Origin: Nitriliruptorales bacterium
Lineage (GTDB): Bacteria; Actinomycetota; Nitriliruptoria; Nitriliruptorales; JAHWKO01
Length of the DNA: 59,389 bases
Assembly: GCA_050700895.1 (NCBI GenBank)
Contig: JBOHEE010000411.1
Span: forward strand, 1-59,389
Reading direction: 5' to 3'
The stretch's first letter is position 1. The number at the start of each line of letters is the position of its first letter. The notes below the pieces were generated by a model. That model did not search any database. It had not been told where the DNA came from and saw only the letters and a program-made list of their open reading frames with translations. Made by a program: the position numbers and the translations under genes. Positions 29,218 to 38,300 of this stretch are shown here, in pieces.

Positions 29218-29610
29218 ATGACTGGTAGCCATGAATCGTGGCTGACCCACATCGAGCACCTCGGTCGCTCGCCGACCACGCTCTACGGCTACCGGCGCCT
29301 CGTGTTGCAGCTGCCGGCGGGCTTCGCAGGGACGCCGCTCTCCAAAGTCACACCGAAGCTCGTCGACGACCTCTACAAGCACCTCGGAACGATCGGCAAG
29401 CGCAAGCCGGCGACGGTGCTGCGGTACCACGCCGTGCTTCGCGCCGCGTTCGCGCATGCAGCGCGATGGGGCTGGGTCGATCGCAACCCCATCGAGCGCG
29501 CGACACCTCCGCGAGTGCAGCGCGATGAGACCCGGCCACCGGCCGTCGACGACGTACTCGCTGTCATCGACGCAGCAGCGTCGTCACGCAACCCGGAGAA
29601 CGCACTCGTC
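29218..29610 (+). pseudogene. Tyrosine recombinase (phage-type integrase), N-terminal SAM-like domain only; catalytic domain deleted
   Basis: WLTHIEHLGRSPTTLYGYRRLVLQL...KPATVLRYHAVLRAAFAHAARWGWVDRNPIERATPPRV...VLAVIDAAASSRNPENALVFRLL is a typical integrase N-terminal/core-binding region. After ~130 aa the frame becomes nonsense, and no R..HxxR..Y catalytic box is seen in any frame. Confidence 0.75.
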
Positions 29611-29725
29611 TTCCGCCTGCTGCCGTTGCCCCCGAGTCGAGCGACGACGGCTTGCACCATGTCCATGTGCTCGATGCGCCCATCGGGGACGTGGGCGTAC
29701 GGATCGTCGTCTGCGTTCGACACCT

Positions 29726-30617
29726 TCAACCTCGCTCTCCCAGTTCCGCGAGCGCAGCGTCCACTTCGAGGCGGTGGCGCTCGTCACAGGCCGCCCACCG
29801 GACCTCGTCTTCGTCGAGGCCGGTAAGGAACTGGAAGCGGTTGCGCACCCGAGCTTCCCAGCCGGCGAGGTCGACGGGTCGAGTCAGCACACCGATCGAG
29901 TCAGGGGGGAAGTCGCGCTCCCGGCGCACTCGGAGCACATCGGATGGATCGAGCGGGCGTGTTCCGCGTCTGTCGTCGACGACATCTCCCCACACCTTCA
30001 GCACCCATAGTCGCCGCACGAGCGCCTCGTCGATAGGTCGACCGGCGAAGTGGTTGAGGTCGTAGAGGTCTCGACCAAGCGCGATCCGCCGGTAGCGCGC
30101 CAGCTTCTCGGCGCAGGCTTCGGCTTCGGCCACCACCGGCACGCCCGGGAGCTCGAACTCGTAACCCTTGTGGATCGGGAGCGGCACGAACCCGAGCGGC
30201 TGCGCGGGAAGCGCCAGGGGCCGTCGGGCGAACTCGACACTCGCCGCGATGTTCGGAGATCCGAGCTCGGGGTGACTGACTCGAAGAAGCCAGTGGCGCC
30301 CGTCGCCCCGATCGGAATCGAGGTGGAACTCGAAGCCGGCGACCCGTGCACCGTCGATCAGGCCACACGTATCGATCACCTTGTCCTCGTCGGGCGCAGC
30401 GAAGTCGAGATCGGTCGAGAAGCGCCCGTCGTTACCGAGGCGGCACTTGCGAAGACTCGTGCCGCCCTTGAACACCAGTCGACCATCGTCGAAGAGTCCA
30501 GTTCTCCGCCAGAAGGAACAGGAGGTGGTCCTGGGCGACGTCCAGGAGGGCCGCGTCGTACGCGTCCGCTCGGCCGAACGCGTGTCGCTCGACGAGCACC
30601 CGGGTCAGCCCTGCCAC
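29726..30617 (-). pseudogene. AbiEii/AbiGii-family nucleotidyltransferase toxin (type IV TA), frameshifted near 30497-30503
   Basis: The frame from GTG 30617 gives VAGLTRVLVERHAFGRADAYDAALLDVAQDHLLFLLAE. The next frame continues GLFDDGRLVFKGGTSLRKCRLGNDGRFSTDLDFAAPDED... to 29726, which is the NTase hG[GS]x9-13Dh[DE]h motif. The start lies 2 nt after the AbiEi stop. Confidence 0.75.
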
Positions 30618-30619
30618 CG

Positions 30620-31522
30620 CTACGCCTTCCCCACGAGACCCCGAAGCGGAGCGATGAGCCGATCGACCACGTGGTACTGCGGCACCCAAAGCGTGCGGGC
30701 CTCGTCCCGCTCGACATCGGGATGCTCGAAGCGAACCTTCGGCATCGACCCCGCTGGCTTCCGGTCGATCAGCGCGATGCCACGCGGCGGCTGGCCGCCC
30801 GCATGCATGAGATAAGCAGCGCGCTGCCATGCCGACGACGTCTGGTCCAGGAGCAACCGAGCGAGTCGGTCGTCGTCGCAGTCGGCAACGACCTGATCGA
30901 GGTGGACGAGGAGGTCCGCCCACGGCTGGAACGATGCGGGCCGGGCGGCGAGCTGCACGATGAGCGCTTCGGGTCCAAAGGCGGGGAGCCCGCTCGCCCA
31001 GTTCACGATGTCCAGCTGCCGGCGAGCAAGCATAGCCGTGGTGGGCCGCAGCTCCTTCGTGGTGAGGTCGTGCCACGTCAGCCGCACGACGGAGACATGA
31101 GGCCGAAGACCGTCCGGTAGCCGAAGGTAAGCGGGCTTCCACACGGCGGTCGGCCCCTCCGGTCGCCGATCGAGATAACCCAGGTGCCACGCAGCCGCCT
31201 CCCCCGCAAGGAGGAACTCGGAGTTCGGGTCGCGCGCCCGCCAGGCACGCAGGGGCAGGTAGGGATCCGTCACCGCGTCTTGGCCAGGCGGGATGAATGC
31301 CCAGGTTCCCTTCACAGGCAGTCCGACCAGCCAGCCGAGCCGACGGAGCTCAGTGATTGACGCGTCAACGTCACGCTCGAGCCCGACCTCGGCCAGCCGC
31401 GTCGCCACGGCTTCGCGAGTCACGACGAGAGGCAGATCGCGCGCCAGTCCCGCTACGAGTCCAGAGGCCCACGTGGGGATGCGCCGGTCAGCCCCGGTCG
31501 GGCTAAGAACGGTTGACTCCAT
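30620..31522 (-). CDS. AbiEi-family antitoxin / transcriptional regulator (type IV TA)
   Basis: 300-aa ORF immediately upstream of the AbiEii gene. Its size and position match AbiEi partners. An N-terminal wHTH-like region reads VVTREAVATRLAEVGLERDVDASITELRRLGWLV. Confidence 0.6.
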   Translation of the reverse strand: MESTVLSPTGADRRIPTWASGLVAGLARDLPLVVTREAVATRLAEVGLERDVDASITELRRLGWLVGLPVKGTWAFIPPGQDAVTDPYLPLRAWRARDPNSEFLLAGEAAAWHLGYLDRRPEGPTAVWKPAYLRLPDGLRPHVSVVRLTWHDLTTKELRPTTAMLARRQLDIVNWASGLPAFGPEALIVQLAARPASFQPWADLLVHLDQVVADCDDDRLARLLLDQTSSAWQRAAYLMHAGGQPPRGIALIDRKPAGSMPKVRFEHPDVERDEARTLWVPQYHVVDRLIAPLRGLVGKA

Positions 31523-31608
31523 AGCGGAAAGGCTACTCTACCCGTCCACATTCCGCATCGCTCTCAACCGCTTGGTTGTGTCGATGGCGGGTCCAAGACT
31601 CATGCGGT

Positions 31609-31626
31609 CCATGTTCCGCAACATGG
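31609..31626. promoter_or_regulatory. Inverted repeat upstream of abiEi (candidate autoregulatory operator)
   Basis: CCATGTT-CCGC-AACATGG has 7-bp arms and lies ~90 nt upstream of the AbiEi start in the divergent spacer. Confidence 0.3.
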
Positions 31627-31740
31627 GTAACCACGCCTCGGCCTGGGCAAAGCGTCAGGAAGACGGACTTCCTTGTCTTGTCCATGGGCACCGGAATCAC
31701 ATGGGTGTAGTTTCGCGGTCCCCGTGGAGGAGGTGTGCCG

Positions 31741-32279
31741 ATGGGGCACCCCGTCTATCCGTTCCGAGCAGTGCTGCGTGAGCTGCGGCGAGATGCCGGG
31801 CTGACGATCCTCGCCGCCGCCGAGGCGGCGGGCTACGCACCTACCTGACGCTGGCGGACGATCTGGACGCCATCGAACCGAGCACGGGCGAACCGGTCGT
31901 CGACTTCGCCCGCACAACCTCCTCGGACGCTCGACGCTTCGCCGGGCTGCTGGCGCACCTCCGCACCCAGATGCGCGAGCTCCTCGAGGCGGCCGACAAG
32001 CCAGCCACCGACGACGACGACGACGACGAGCAGCTCACCGAGAAGGTCATCGCCGGTAAGACCATGCCGATGCTGCGGCTCCTCACTCGCGCTGCAATCC
32101 GAGGTCGACCACCGAGACCGGATCCCACCGTGACGGCCGAGCTGCGCGCCATGCGCGATCGTCTCCGGGGCGGATGGCGAGACGCCGTCGAGCGCCAGGC
32201 GGTCATCGAGTTGCGTGACGCGGACACCGCGCAGGTCTTCGACGCCCTCGACGCGCTGCGGAGTCGCCGCACGGCCTGA
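31741..32279 (+). pseudogene. Possible XRE-like HTH gene with frameshift (31741..31848 then 31849..32279 frame)
   Basis: ATG 31741 gives MGHPVYPFRAVLRELRRDAGLTILAAAEAAGYAPT*. The +2 frame is open from ~31780 and continues YLTLADDLDAIEPSTGEPVVDFARTTSSDARRFAGLLAHLRTQMRELLEAAD... to 32279. Alternatively, only the 102-aa ORF 31971..32279 is real. Confidence 0.3.
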
Positions 32280-32463
32280 CCGGCCGTCCCGAACCTCGGC
32301 GGCCATGTTGGCCGAGCCACACCCGTCAACCCCCTTCTGTCCTTCTCGTTCGGGGGATGCCTTCTTGGCCCTCCGAGGACGCATGCGGAGGGACTCGGCT
32401 GAGCGATGACCGAGGAGGAATTCGAGAAGTGCCTCCCCGGTGGCGGCTCTGGCCTGAGATGCG

Positions 32464-32664
32464 TCAGCCCACGCGCCGGAGCTTCCCGAGCGGAACGAAG
32501 ACGATCCGAGATGCCGGATCGAGCGCGGGATCGGTGATCTCGACCATCGCGGCCTCGCCGTCCCGCAACTCGAGCACCGCGCCACGGGCGCCAACGGGCG
32601 CCTCATCGACCGGCTCGAGCAGCTCGACCCGGTCGAAGGCGGTGATCTCGCGCACTACAGCCAT
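32464..32664 (-). CDS. DUF4926-family small protein
   Basis: 66 aa. FDRVELLEPVDEAPVGARGAVLELRDGEAAMVEITDPALD...VFVPLGKL matches the SH3-like DUF4926 pattern as I recall it. It overlaps the upstream gene by 10 nt. Confidence 0.6.
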   Translation of the reverse strand: MAVVREITAFDRVELLEPVDEAPVGARGAVLELRDGEAAMVEITDPALDPASRIVFVPLGKLRRVG

Positions 32665-33017
32665 AGCTCCATGTTAGGCGCTCGGGTGGGCGGTGACGGC
32701 CGCGGTGCCGCGTCCTCGTCGGCGTAGTGCCATGCGGTCGCCACCGGCGCGGTGCGGTCGTTGATCGTGAGCGTGACCTCGACGCCGCAGACGACGCCGT
32801 GCGGTGCACGGTCGCGCACAACCGAGACGGCCGCGTCCAGGACGGCCGCGGCAATCGCCGCCCAGATGCGCCCGCTGTCGTTCGGTCCCACGTCGAACAC
32901 GTGCGCCCAGTCCTTGCCATGGCCATGCGCGGCAAGGATCCAGCCTCGCCACTTGTCCTCCGTGGCGTGCGCTTCGGCGGCGCGAGGCAGCCGTTGTCCG
33001 ATCTTCGGGAACGGCAT
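32655..33017 (-). CDS. DUF6883-like protein (usual partner of DUF4926)
   Basis: 120 aa. ILAAHGHGKDWAHVF...VATAWHYADEDAAPR resembles the DUF6883 pattern (H..GK.KA.vF ... W.v......PR). Gene order and overlap with DUF4926 are typical of the pair. Confidence 0.5.
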   Translation of the reverse strand: MPFPKIGQRLPRAAEAHATEDKWRGWILAAHGHGKDWAHVFDVGPNDSGRIWAAIAAAVLDAAVSVVRDRAPHGVVCGVEVTLTINDRTAPVATAWHYADEDAAPRPSPPTRAPNMELWL

Positions 33018-33274
33018 CGCGGTCCTTGTCGGCCGGCGAGGCTACTGGCGGGCACGGCGGCTTCCCTGCGGTCGCTGCCTGGCATGGCGGATACTCAGCG
33101 ACATGGCCGCGCCCGGGACTCGCGCTGCAGGGTTCGGATTATGTGTCGCCGGGCGCACTCACGGCCGGGCACTTCCTCAGGATTTCGACGGCCGAAGTGC
33201 CGACGGAGGTGCTGGCCCCGCTCGTACCGTAACGGTTGCCTGGCATGTGACGGCGAACCGAGCAACGGGATGCG

Positions 33275-33961
33275 ATGAACGTTGGGTCTGCGACGGACGT
33301 CGGTCGGATCCGCCAGCGCAACGAGGATGCGCTGCTGGTCGACCGGGAGCGGGGGCTGTTCGCGGTCGCCGACGGGCTCGGCGGCCACCCGGCCGGCGAC
33401 GTCGCGAGCAACGTCGCGCTCGAACGCGTCGACAAGGTCGCGACCGGGAGCGCTCTGACCGGCGGGGCGTCACCCGGCGAGGTGCTCGCGACGTCCCTCC
33501 AGGAGGCGCACGAAGCGGTGCGTGGCGCCGCTCACGAAGAACTTGGGCGGACCGGGATGGGCACCACCGCCGTGGTCGCCCACGTCGAGCCATCGGAGAC
33601 CGAGGCCTGGCTGGCGCACGTCGGCGACAGCCGCGCCTACCTCCTCCGCGACGGGCAGCTCCGCCAGGTCACCGAGGACCACGTGGGGCCGTTCGGGGGC
33701 ATCAGCCAGGCGCTCGGGCTCGACCGGGTCTACCCGGACACCATCCACCTCGAGGTGGAGGCCGGGGACCGGCTCCTGCTCTGCACTGACGGACTGACCG
33801 ACATGCTCAACGACGGCGAGATCGAAGAGCTTGCCCGGGACGGCAGCGCGCAGGACGCGGTCGACGCCCTCGTCCAGGCGTCTCTCGACCGGGGCGGCGC
33901 CGACAACGTGACGATCGTCCTGATCGGCATCGAGCGCGGGTCGGATCACTCCGGGGCGTAG
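33275..33961 (+). CDS. PP2C-family Ser/Thr protein phosphatase
   Basis: SATDVGRIRQRNEDALLV...FAVADGLGGHPAGDVAS...LLCTDGLTDML...GGADNVTIVL are the canonical PPM motifs. Confidence 0.92.
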   Translation: MNVGSATDVGRIRQRNEDALLVDRERGLFAVADGLGGHPAGDVASNVALERVDKVATGSALTGGASPGEVLATSLQEAHEAVRGAAHEELGRTGMGTTAVVAHVEPSETEAWLAHVGDSRAYLLRDGQLRQVTEDHVGPFGGISQALGLDRVYPDTIHLEVEAGDRLLLCTDGLTDMLNDGEIEELARDGSAQDAVDALVQASLDRGGADNVTIVLIGIERGSDHSGA

Positions 33962-35322
33962 GACCAGTCGGGCAGCTTGCGCGCGTAGTCGGGATCGAAC
34001 TGGACCTCGCCGGTCTCGAGGTCGAGTGATTCGATCTTCGGGATCACCGGGTCCCGCTCCGACCAGCAAGGCTGGCCGAGGTGGTCGGCGACCTCGCCGC
34101 CGAACCGCTCGAGCACGCTCAGGACCATGAGCTGCTCGCCGACGGGGAGATAGCAGCGGTTCTGGTCGGTGACCTTGCGGGCGCCCTCGAAGAGCGCGTC
34201 GAGGTCGGGCGCCGCCCCCTCGCCGGCGTCGATGCGGTTCAGGATCGCGGTGAGCCGGTCGGTCCCGAGCATGCACGCCCAGCACTGCCCGCAGGACTCG
34301 ATCATGAGGAAGTGCGAGAGGGACGCCAGGGCCCTGACGATGCAGTGCGAGGCGTCGTAGACGACGAAACCCCCGCTGCCGAGGCCGGTGCCTGCCCGGG
34401 CCATGTCGTCCCACCCGAGCGGCGTGTCGAGCATCTCCGAGGTGATGACGGCCTGGGCCACCCCGCCGAAGATCGCCTTGACGTCCTCCGCCTGCGCGAT
34501 GTCCTCGACGAGGGTGCGGAGGGTCGTGCCGAGCGGGAGCTCGTACAGCCCGGGCGCTCCGACGTCGCCGGACACGGTGAAGATCATCGTCCCGGGCGAG
34601 TCCTCCGTGCCGACCGACCGGAACCAGTCGGTTCCGTGGGCAAGGATCAGCGGGACGTTCGCGAGCGTCTCCACGTTGTTCACGAGGGTCGGGTTCGGCT
34701 GGGTCATCCCGGCGAAGAGACCGACCTGGTAGGGAGGGAGGAGCCGGGGCATCGGCAGCTTGCCCTCGATCGTCTCGAGCATCGCCTTCTCCTCCCCGAA
34801 GAGGTACTCGTCGGGGCCGGTGGCGACGTCGACGCGGTCCGCGCCCTCCCAGCCCGCGGCGGCCATCTCCGACAGTGCGGTGACGAGCCGGCCGATCTGC
34901 GCCTGGAAGCGGCGCTTGATGCCGACGTAGCCGCGCTCCGCCCCGACGACCCGCATCGCGACGAGGAGGCCCTCCAGGAAGAGGTAGGGGTTGCGCTGCA
35001 TGATGGCCCGGTCCTTGTAGGTGCCGGGCTCGCCCTCCGCCGCGTTCGCGACCGCGTAGATGGTCGAGTCCGGGTCCGCGGACGCCTGGTGGATCGACCC
35101 CCACTTCATCCCGGTCGGGAAGCCGGCGCCGCCGCGGCCCCGGAGACCGGAGGCGGTCACCTCCTCGATGATCTCGTCGGCCGATCGCTCGCGGGCGGCG
35201 AGGAGACCTTCACCGCCACCGCTCTCGAGGTAGGCGTCGAGGGAGGGCACGTCGACATCGGGCAGCAGTCGTGGTTCCGCATCGACCACCTGGTTCGCCC
35301 TTCGGTCGGGATCGTCTGCCAA
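33946..35322 (-). CDS. Stand-alone NuoF-like NADH dehydrogenase FMN/Fe-S subunit homologue
   Basis: SGLRGRGGAGFPTGMKWGS (FMN/NADH site) and ESCGQCWACMLG (4Fe-4S). No other nuo genes are nearby. The 3' end overlaps the PP2C gene by 16 nt. Confidence 0.8.
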   Translation of the reverse strand: MADDPDRRANQVVDAEPRLLPDVDVPSLDAYLESGGGEGLLAARERSADEIIEEVTASGLRGRGGAGFPTGMKWGSIHQASADPDSTIYAVANAAEGEPGTYKDRAIMQRNPYLFLEGLLVAMRVVGAERGYVGIKRRFQAQIGRLVTALSEMAAAGWEGADRVDVATGPDEYLFGEEKAMLETIEGKLPMPRLLPPYQVGLFAGMTQPNPTLVNNVETLANVPLILAHGTDWFRSVGTEDSPGTMIFTVSGDVGAPGLYELPLGTTLRTLVEDIAQAEDVKAIFGGVAQAVITSEMLDTPLGWDDMARAGTGLGSGGFVVYDASHCIVRALASLSHFLMIESCGQCWACMLGTDRLTAILNRIDAGEGAAPDLDALFEGARKVTDQNRCYLPVGEQLMVLSVLERFGGEVADHLGQPCWSERDPVIPKIESLDLETGEVQFDPDYARKLPDWSYAPE

Positions 35323-35358
35323 CGAACCTACGGGCCGGCGGCGAGGCGGGGTGGATCG

Positions 35359-38300
35359 TCAGTCCAGACCGTCGAACGCCTCCTGGAGGAGCCGCTCCTG
35401 CTCCTGCTCGTGGATCGTGCTGCTGCCGGTCGCCGGGCTCGGGGACTCGGAACGGGAGGCGTGCATGAGGCGGTGGTCGTCGCCCAGGAGGCGGTGCAGG
35501 CGCGAGTGCGCGAACGGCCACGGACCCATGTTCTCGGGCTCCTCCTGGAGCCACAGCACCTCGTCGGCGTCCGGGTAGCGCCCGATGACCTCGCGGAGCT
35601 GATCCGCCGGCCACGGGTAGAGCTGCTCGAGACGGACGACCGCGGCCGGCGCTTCGCGCTCGTCGCGGCGCTCCATCGCCTCGTAGCCGACCTTGCCGGA
35701 GCAGAGGACGACGCGGCGGACGCCGTCCGGGTCGCCGACGCGGCGGTCGTCGACGACCTCCTGGAAGTGGCCGCTCGTGAAGTCCTCGGGCGACGAAGCG
35801 GAGTGGCCCGACCGGAGGAGCGACTTCGGGGTGAAGACGACGAGGGGGCGCTTCACGTCGCGGTGGATCTGGCGGCGGAGCACGTGGAAGTACTGCGCCG
35901 CGGTCGTCGCGTTCACGAGCTGGATGTTGTCCTGCGCAGCGAGGACGAGGAACCGCTCGATCCTCGCCGACGAGTGCTCGGGGCCCTGTCCCTCGTAGCC
36001 GTGCGGGAGCAGCATGACGAGGCCCGAGCTCTGGCCCCACTTGTCCTCGGCAGCGACGATGAACTGGTCGATGATCACCTGGGCGCCGTTGACGAAGTCG
36101 CCGAACTGCGCCTCCCAGATCGTGAGCGCGTCGCGGTTCGCCACCGAGTAGCCGTACTCGAAGCCGACGGCCGCGAACTCCGACAGCAGCGAGTCGTAGA
36201 GGAAGAGCCGACCCTGCTCCTCGGCGAGGTTTGCGAGCGGGAAGTACTCCTCACCGGTCTCGTAGTCGGCGACGACGGCGTGGCGCTGGCTGAAGGTGCC
36301 GCGGCGGCTGTCCTGACCGGCCAGGCGGACCGTCGTGCCCTCGAGCAGCAGCGACCCGAACGCGAGCTGCTCCCCGAGCGGCCAGTCGACCCGGCCCTCC
36401 TCGCGGTAGCGCCCGGTCGCCCGGTCGAAGAGCCGCTTCAGCTTCGGGTGCATGTGGAAGCCCTCGGGCTCGCCGAAGATCGTGTCGACGATGTGGTCGA
36501 GGACGTCGCGCTTCACGCCGGTTTCGACGGGCGGAAGCGGGGCGATCGGCGGCGGCGTCCGCTTGACCGGCTCCTCCTTCGGCGGTCGCGTCTCCTTCGT
36601 CTTGTCGAAGGCCTCGTCGAGGCGCTTCTGGAAGTCGTCGAGCCCCTGCTCGGCCTCCTCCATGGAGAAGTCGCCGCGCTTGACGAGCCGTTCGGTGTAG
36701 ACCTTGCGGGTCGAGCGCATCTGCTCGATCTGCTGGTACATGAGCGGCTGCGTGTAGCTCGGGTCGTCGGCCTCGCTGTGGCCGAGCTTCCGGTAGCAGA
36801 CGAGATCGATGACGACGTCCTTGTGGAACGCCTGCCGGTAGGCGAAGGCGAGCCGTGCGACGCGGACGACGGCCTCGGGGTCGTCGCCGTTGACGTGGAA
36901 GATCGGGGCCTGCACCGCTCGGGCGATGTCGGTCGGGTACTCCGAGGAGCGCGCCGCCTCGGGCGGCGTCGTGAAGCCGAGCTGGTTGTTGATGATGACG
37001 TGGACGGTGCCGCCGGTCCGGTAGCCGCGCAGCTGCGAGAGGTTCAGGACCTCCGCGACGACCCCCTGGCCGGCGAACGCCGCGTCGCCGTGGACGAGGA
37101 CGGGCAGGACGCGGAAGGCCTCGGGCTCGTCGAGGATGTCCTGCTTCGCACGCGCCATGCCCTCGACGACCGGGTCCACGGCCTCGAGGTGGGACGGATT
37201 GCTCGGCATGGTCACCCGGACCTCGCCGCCGGCGCGGGCCTCGAAGACCCCGTGCTGGCCGACGTGGTACTTCACATCCCCCGAGCCCTGGACGGTCTGC
37301 GGGTCGATGTCGCCCTCGAACTCGCTGAAGATGTCCCGGTACGACTTGCCGAGGATGTTCGCGAGGACGTTGAGGCGTCCGCGGTGGGCCATGCCCATGA
37401 CGACCTCGTCCATGCGTGCCTCGCAGGCCTCTTCGAGGACCGCGTCGAGCAGCGGGATGAAGCTCTCGCCGCCCTCGAGGCTGAAGCGCTTGTGGCCGAG
37501 GTACTTCGTGTGGAGGAAGCGCTCGAACGCCTCCGCGGCGTTGAGGCGCTCGAGGATGTGCCGCTTCTCGGCGAGCTCCAGCGTCGAGTCGACGCCCTCG
37601 ACGCGCTCCTGGATCCAGCGCTTCTCCTCCGGGTCCTGGATGTGCATGTACTCGATGCCCACGGTGCGGCAGTACGCGTCCCGGAGCACGCCGAGGAGAT
37701 CGCCGAGCTTGACGATCGGCTCCCGCCCGACGGTCGTGACGAACTCGCGCTCGAGATCCCAGATCGACAGCCCGTAGGTGGTGGGATCGAGTTCGGGGTG
37801 GAGCCTCGGAGGGCGCTGGCTGAGCGGGTCGAGGTCCGCGATGAGGTGGCCCCGGACCCGGTACATGTGGGCGAGCTGGTCGACCTTCGCCTGCTTCTCG
37901 AGCATCGCGCGCTCGGACTCGACCGGGCTGCGGTCCTGCCGCCACCGCGCCGGCTCGTAGGGGATGCCGAGCGTGCGGTAGATGTCGTCGTAGAAGCCGT
38001 CCTCGCCGATGAGCAGGGCGTGCATGCGCGCGAGCCACTCGCCGGACTCGGCGCCCTGGATGACCCGGTGGTCGTAGGTGGACGTCAACGTGATCGTCTT
38101 CGACACGCCCAGCCGTGCGATCATCTTCGGGTCGGCCGCCTGGTACTCGGCGGGGTGGTCGATCGCGCCGACGCCGAGGATGACGCTCTGCCCCTGCATG
38201 AGCCGCGGCACGGACAGCACCGTCCCGATCGTCCCCGGGTTCGTGATCGTCATCGTGGTCCCGGCGAAGTCGTCGGGCTCCAGCTTGTTCGTCCGCACCT

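Larger units (their letters stand above)
29146..33158. mobile_element. Decayed tRNA-Arg-associated genomic islet (integrase remnant, AbiE, HTH remnant, DUF6883/DUF4926)
   Basis: An integrase N-terminus starts 73 nt after the tRNA. Cargo consists of defence/TA-type genes with lesions. The right end is tentative and rests on a degenerate match to the tRNA 3' end at about 33131..33158. Confidence 0.55.

Noticed and set aside
29373-29729. Minus-strand ORF (TTG start overlapping the AbiEii stop) beginning KVSNADDDPYAHVPDGRIEHMDMVQAVVARLGGNG, considered as a truncated third gene of the abiE operon
   Set aside because: Only about 36 residues look protein-like before it becomes antisense to the integrase remnant. 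It has a TTG start and no family I can name, so the evidence is insufficient.
33076-33247. Repeated TGCCTGGCATG (33076..33086 and 33237..33247), considered as a sigma-54-like TGGCA element
   Set aside because: There is no TTGC at the correct 5-nt spacing, and sigma-54 is not expected in this type of genome. It is a short repeat of uncertain meaning.
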